From an uncultured bacterium (GTDB taxonomy: Bacteria > Actinomycetota > Coriobacteriia > Coriobacteriales > Coriobacteriaceae): DNA of 51,814 nucleotides. Below are positions 47,403 through 51,814 of this stretch, piece by piece. The position numbers and the translations under genes were made by a program. Location: contig CAJMSL010000001.1 of the NCBI GenBank assembly GCA_905216045.1, positions 1-51,814 on the forward strand, read 5' to 3'. Position 1 is the stretch's first letter. The number at the start of each line of letters is the position of its first letter. The notes below the pieces were generated by a model. That model saw only the letters and a program-made list of their open reading frames with translations. It was not told the DNA's origin and searched no databases.

Positions 47403-48665
47403 TTAAGCGCTGTAGCCCATCGCTTGCAGGACAAACATGACGACCGTGAGCACCGTAATCACGGCGATAGTCGCCCAAGTGAGCATGTTCCACACGCGAC
47501 CGTTGCGGTTGGCACCCATAATGTGACGGTCGGCCGCGATAACCACCTGGAATACCAAGACTACAGGCAGCAGCACGCCATTGATGACCTGCGAGGTCAT
47601 CATAATCTGGAACAGATCGACGCCGGGCATAAGCACCAGCACGGCAGAGATACCGATGATGGCCGTAATGATGCCGCGGTAAACCGGGGCCTCGTCCCAG
47701 CTGCGGTCGGCACCGCGCTCCCAGCCAAATGCCTCGCAGATAGCGCTCGACGTAACGCCCGGCAGCACGCAGGCGGCCAAGAAGCTCGCCGCGACCAGGC
47801 CCGAGGCAAACAGTACCGTGGACCACTGACCCGCAATAGGCTCCAGCGCGCGGGCGGCATCGGCGGCATCGCTAATCTGAACACCCGCCGGGAACAGCAC
47901 CGTACCGGTCGTGATGATAATGAAGCCCGCAATGATATCAGCAGCGATCGAGCCGCTCACGGTATCGATACGCTGCAGCACGATGTCGTCCTCGCCCGCG
48001 TTCTTATCGACCACGTTGTTCTGCGCCAAGAAAATCATCCACGGCGCGATGGTGGTACCGATCGTTGCGACCACGAGCGACACGTAGCTGGGGTCATTTT
48101 GAATGTTAGGCACGACCAGGTCGACCGCGACCTCACCCCAGTTGGGGCCAGCCATAAACGCGGCGACAATATAGGTCACGAAGACGCAGCTTACCAGCAG
48201 CAGAATCTTCTCGATGCGCTGGAAACTACCCGACATGGTAAGCATCCACACCAGCAGCGCCACCAACGGCACCGAGATGCTCGCCGGCACGCCAAAGAGA
48301 GCAAGGCCGCTGGCGATACCCGCAAACTCCGAAATGGTCACAGCCGTGTTGGCGATCAACAGCGCCGCCATAGCAAGTACACTCTTGCGCACGCCAAAGC
48401 GCTCGCGGATGAGCGATGCCAGGCCCTTGCCCGTGACGCAGCCGCAGCGCGCCGCGGTCTCCTGCGTCACGATGAGCAGCACAGTCATGACGGGAAGCAT
48501 CCAGAGCATCTTGTAGCCATAGCTGGCGCCCGCACTGGAATACGTTGCAATGCCGCCGGCGTCATTGCCCGAAAGCGCCGCCAGCAGACCGGGGCCCATA
48601 GCGCCAAAGATGGCCGCGATGGTCAACTTTTGCTTGGTGCCCGACTTTTGCTTGGTATTTTGCAC
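47403..48665 (-). CDS. Nramp/SLC11-family transporter, NRMT (Mg2+)-like
   Basis: GPG......DAGG.ATY (not DPGN), G.G...LIRE.FG, GTTIAPW; GTG start with AGGTGG RBS. Confidence 0.85.
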   Translation of the reverse strand: MQNTKQKSGTKQKLTIAAIFGAMGPGLLAALSGNDAGGIATYSSAGASYGYKMLWMLPVMTVLLIVTQETAARCGCVTGKGLASLIRERFGVRKSVLAMAALLIANTAVTISEFAGIASGLALFGVPASISVPLVALLVWMLTMSGSFQRIEKILLLVSCVFVTYIVAAFMAGPNWGEVAVDLVVPNIQNDPSYVSLVVATIGTTIAPWMIFLAQNNVVDKNAGEDDIVLQRIDTVSGSIAADIIAGFIIITTGTVLFPAGVQISDAADAARALEPIAGQWSTVLFASGLVAASFLAACVLPGVTSSAICEAFGWERGADRSWDEAPVYRGIITAIIGISAVLVLMPGVDLFQIMMTSQVINGVLLPVVLVFQVVIAADRHIMGANRNGRVWNMLTWATIAVITVLTVVMFVLQAMGYSA

Positions 48666-48673
48666 GCGACCAC

Positions 48674-50518
48674 CTAGCCAATGACCGACATGGTGAGCAG
48701 CACCGCAGCGGCGCAGTACGCTACGCACGAGATCATGACGGCAATAACGTTCATGGCGGTGCCCGACGTGTTGAGGTCATGCTCGTCACGCCAGAACAGC
48801 ACCATCAGGTAAATCACGGCACTCATGTTGCCAACCAGGCAAATGATAGCAGCGATATTAAAACACCCGGTAAAGAGCTGCTCCTCAAACATAGGGGCAT
48901 CGAGGAACGCGGCAGTGCGCACCAGCTGCGCGCACAGGTAAGTAACAAGCGAAAGGATCAGGCCCATACCCGTGCTCTGGAAGAAGAATCCCAGGTACGG
49001 TTTGGGCTCGTCGTCGTGACCGTCGTACTCGAGGAAGTAGTTCTTGACGAACGACACCATGCGCGAGGCCGCCAGCAGCACGAGCGGCATGGCGCACATG
49101 GGGAACACCACCAGATGCGCGGAGCCCAGCGCCGTCCCCAGCACCGTCGCCATAATGCACGAGGCGATGCCCCACACGACGACCCAGTACTGACGATGCA
49201 CGAACCAGCTGAGCACGTTCGTCGAGTCGTCCGACGCGCTATCGCCCGAGCCGACACCGGCGATCTGCAGGTCCTCCTGATGCTCCTCGGCGATAACGTC
49301 CATGGCGTCGTCGAAGGTCACGATGCCCAGGATATGACGGTTCTCGTCGCAGACAGGGATGGCAACCAGGTCGTACTTGGTCATCTCGTCCGTCACGTCT
49401 TCCTGGTCCTCGTCGGGCGACACGTAGACCAGGTCGCGATAGGCGAGCTGGCCCAGCGTGGCATCGCGGTCGGCCACGATCAACGTGCGCAGCGAGAGCA
49501 CGCCGGTGAGCATGCCGCTCGGATCCTCGGTATAGACGTAATAGACACTCTCGAAGTCCTCATCGAGTTTGCGAATCGCCTCGATGGCATCGCCGACCGT
49601 CGCCGTGGCGGGCAGCGAGACAAACTCCGAGGTCATGATGCGACCGGCGGTGTTGTCCTCATAACCCAGCAGGTTACGAATCGCCTTCTCCTCCTTGACG
49701 CCCATCAGGCGCAGGAGCTTCTCGGCCTTCTCGTAATCGAGCTCGTCGATCAGGTCAGCTGCATCGTCCGGGTCCATCATGGCCAGCATCGACGATGCGT
49801 CCGTGTCGGACAGGCCCTCGAGCATCTCGGTCATAAGCTCGTCGTCATCGAACTCCGAGATGGCCTCGGCGGCCTGGGCAGTATCGAGCTGCGCAAACAC
49901 CTGCGCACGTAGGCGCGGGTCGAGCTGCTCGATAATATCGGCGATGTCGGCAGGGTGCAGCTCGCCGAGCGTCTTGTGCGACACCGAAAGTTGAATGTTC
50001 TTGGTCGAGCGGTCGAGCAGGTCCATGTAGGACCAAGCGATGATGTCCTCACTGAGCGGCTTGCCCAGGTGCTTCATAAAGCCTTCGACGATATGCTCGA
50101 GCGCGGGGCTGATGGCGCGTAGCAGACCGCGGGCACCGACCTCGGCGCCCAGCAGGCGCAGCTGATTTTCGCCCGACATGGAAAACTTGATGTCGTTTAC
50201 GCGCACGACCTTCATGCCCTGCGTGTCGACAATCTGCTTGTTGAGCACGTCGCGGGCAAGCAAGAGTTCGGTCGGCTGCAGGTACGAAAAACGGATTTCG
50301 GTGGCCGACGTCTTAAGGTGTACACCCGTCTCGTCGATACGGTCGACCCATTTGCGCCAGCTGATCATAAACGGCGTCTTGCCGGGACCGCGGAACGCGA
50401 GCGACGTCACGTGCGGAAAAACTTCGCCGGTAGCAATACCAAAATCGTTCACCACGCCGAGCTTTTCTCCATCGACGTCCAAGACCGGCAATTTGAGCAT
50501 CTCACTCAGATAATTCAA
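48674..50518 (-). CDS. MgtE-like protein (PRC-barrel-like, MgtE_N, CBS pair, divergent TM domain)
   Basis: LLL.RD.L.KQIVD.QG.KVVRVND, LHPADIAD, M.PDDAAD, TAG.IMT, GIVT.DD. Confidence 0.85.
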   Translation of the reverse strand: MNYLSEMLKLPVLDVDGEKLGVVNDFGIATGEVFPHVTSLAFRGPGKTPFMISWRKWVDRIDETGVHLKTSATEIRFSYLQPTELLLARDVLNKQIVDTQGMKVVRVNDIKFSMSGENQLRLLGAEVGARGLLRAISPALEHIVEGFMKHLGKPLSEDIIAWSYMDLLDRSTKNIQLSVSHKTLGELHPADIADIIEQLDPRLRAQVFAQLDTAQAAEAISEFDDDELMTEMLEGLSDTDASSMLAMMDPDDAADLIDELDYEKAEKLLRLMGVKEEKAIRNLLGYEDNTAGRIMTSEFVSLPATATVGDAIEAIRKLDEDFESVYYVYTEDPSGMLTGVLSLRTLIVADRDATLGQLAYRDLVYVSPDEDQEDVTDEMTKYDLVAIPVCDENRHILGIVTFDDAMDVIAEEHQEDLQIAGVGSGDSASDDSTNVLSWFVHRQYWVVVWGIASCIMATVLGTALGSAHLVVFPMCAMPLVLLAASRMVSFVKNYFLEYDGHDDEPKPYLGFFFQSTGMGLILSLVTYLCAQLVRTAAFLDAPMFEEQLFTGCFNIAAIICLVGNMSAVIYLMVLFWRDEHDLNTSGTAMNVIAVMISCVAYCAAAVLLTMSVIG

Positions 50519-50657
50519 TGGTGCTCCCCATCATTATTCCTCCGGACGCGGCCGCATGTGCGACGTCCGGGGGCTTCTGGATATGTATACGCATGCGCGG
50601 GCGGCACGCCGCTCGACGCTTACACCCCGTGCATGCGCAAAAAGCACCTGCATGGGG

Positions 50658-50690
50658 TCATCGACTGTATGGTCGAGGTTTGGATTTCAC
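50658..50690 (-). CDS. Putative 10-aa leader peptide upstream of mgtE-like gene
   Basis: AGAAAGG-N6-GTG; MKSKPRPYSR*. Confidence 0.35.
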   Translation of the reverse strand: MKSKPRPYSR

Positions 50691-50809
50691 CTGTAACCTT
50701 TCTCTTGACCCTCATTAACCGCAGTAACTATAGCATCAGCATCGCCCTGCGGCATCGAATTTATGCGCTGCACATTGCAGGCATACCAAACGCTGACGCA
50801 TCCGTGACA

Positions 50810-50850
50810 TAGTCATTGGGGACGTTCTTAAATGACTACCCAATGACTAC
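50810..50850. repeat. GTCCCC-loop hairpin (reverse orientation) plus extra half-arm at deacetylase stop
   Basis: TAGTCATT-GGGGACGTTCTTA-AATGACTA-CCCAATGACTAC. Confidence 0.8.
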
Positions 50851-51814
50851 TCTGTGGTATCTTCGTCCTCGGCAAGTTGGGGGAACACGGCGTCCTTGGG
50901 CATGGTGACCTTCGTCAGCGAGGTGAGCTTTTTGCTCAATGCCGTGTCCGTCTTGACCAGGTCGCTGAGCGTCACGATCTTGTAGCCGTCGGCAATGAGG
51001 CCGTCGATAATCTGCGGCAGCGCCTCGAGCGTCTGCTCGGCGCATTCGTCTCTATCGGTGAGCAGCACGATATTGCCCGGCGTCACCGAATCGAGCACCG
51101 TCGAGACCTGCTCGTCGACACCGTTGAGCAGCCAGTCGCCCGAGTCGATATTCCACGAGACCACGGCGGAGACCAGGTCCATCGCATCGATCCAGTTTTG
51201 CTCGTCAAAGGCAGCGTAGGGAGCACGCAGCAGCATCGTCTTCACGCCGGTCGCCGACTTAATCGCATCGGTGCCTTTCGTGATCTGTTCGCGTACCGCC
51301 TCAAGGTCCTGACCCTTGAGCGAATCGTCGCTGTAGCTGTTGGATCCGATCTCGCACCCGGCATCGACAATCGCCTTGGCCGTGGCAGGCGAGGCCTCGG
51401 CCGCATCGCCCGAAAGGAAGAACGTCGCGGTGACGCCCTTTTCCTTGAGCACCTGCAAGATCTGTTTGGTGGCGCCGCTCGGACCCTCGTCAAACGTCAG
51501 CGCCACGTACTTTTTGTTGCCCTTGGGCGCCACGCTGGCGCACGCAACAACGCAATCGGTGGCGGGCACGACCTCGCCGCGGTCCTGCGTCTTGCCCGAT
51601 TGCTCACCAACCCACACCTCGGAGCGGCCCTGGGCACCCCACGTCTGCACATACTCGATAGCGCCCGTGCCCTCGACCTTGAGCTTGGGCTCGATAACCG
51701 TAGCCTGAACCTCGTGCTTCTCGTAGGTGTTACGGCCATCCTTGACCGTCACCTTCTCGCCGCCCTCAAGTTCGCGGCTATCCCATTTGCCCTGCTTCAC
51801 GCGCTTGCCGTCGA
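50847..51814 (-). CDS. Polysaccharide deacetylase (NodB/CE4)-like protein, 5' partial
   Basis: VALTFDEGP, ATFF, RAPY, W.IDS.DW, G.IVLL.D; frame continues to the window end. Confidence 0.85.
   Translation of the reverse strand, partial: DGKRVKQGKWDSRELEGGEKVTVKDGRNTYEKHEVQATVIEPKLKVEGTGAIEYVQTWGAQGRSEVWVGEQSGKTQDRGEVVPATDCVVACASVAPKGNKKYVALTFDEGPSGATKQILQVLKEKGVTATFFLSGDAAEASPATAKAIVDAGCEIGSNSYSDDSLKGQDLEAVREQITKGTDAIKSATGVKTMLLRAPYAAFDEQNWIDAMDLVSAVVSWNIDSGDWLLNGVDEQVSTVLDSVTPGNIVLLTDRDECAEQTLEALPQIIDGLIADGYKIVTLSDLVKTDTALSKKLTSLTKVTMPKDAVFPQLAEDEDTTE

Overview
High-GC actinobacterial chromosomal window; gene content and style suggest Coriobacteriia, probably Collinsella-like (inference, not a database result). 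Gene order: dnaK-grpE-dnaJ-hspR operon; ferredoxin; nadA-nadB-nadC-niaR with a NiaR-type operator; LytTR/GHKL two-component pair; degenerate UDG-like gene; trxA; small His-rich ORF-nikR-hypF-hypC-hypD-hypE; HAD phosphatase; lipoprotein; PTS IIA; fic; pyrE; mgtA; membrane LuxR divergent from a Zn-ribbon/SPFH/lipoprotein cluster; a twin-kinase/NarL-type system whose regulator has lost its stop; frameshifted 6-phospho-beta-glucosidase; AAA ATPase; DUF4867-like gene; luxS; nucleoside hydrolase; ribokinase; OatA-like acyltransferase; Nramp-family transporter with an MgtE-like partner; partial inactive-looking polysaccharide deacetylase. No rRNA, tRNA, CRISPR array, integrase or transposase was seen. 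The strongest unexplained signal is non-coding. A ~170-nt rod-hairpin element occurs three times directly after TAG stops, with different but compensating stems and conserved bulges. There is also a family of GTCCC-loop hairpins, 62-bp palindrome arrays and a MITE-like element, and two accessory genes (fic, ATPase) sit between directly repeated palindromes. Together these suggest a structure-guided DNA mobility or RNA system whose enzyme is not in the window. All protein calls come from visual motif recognition only.
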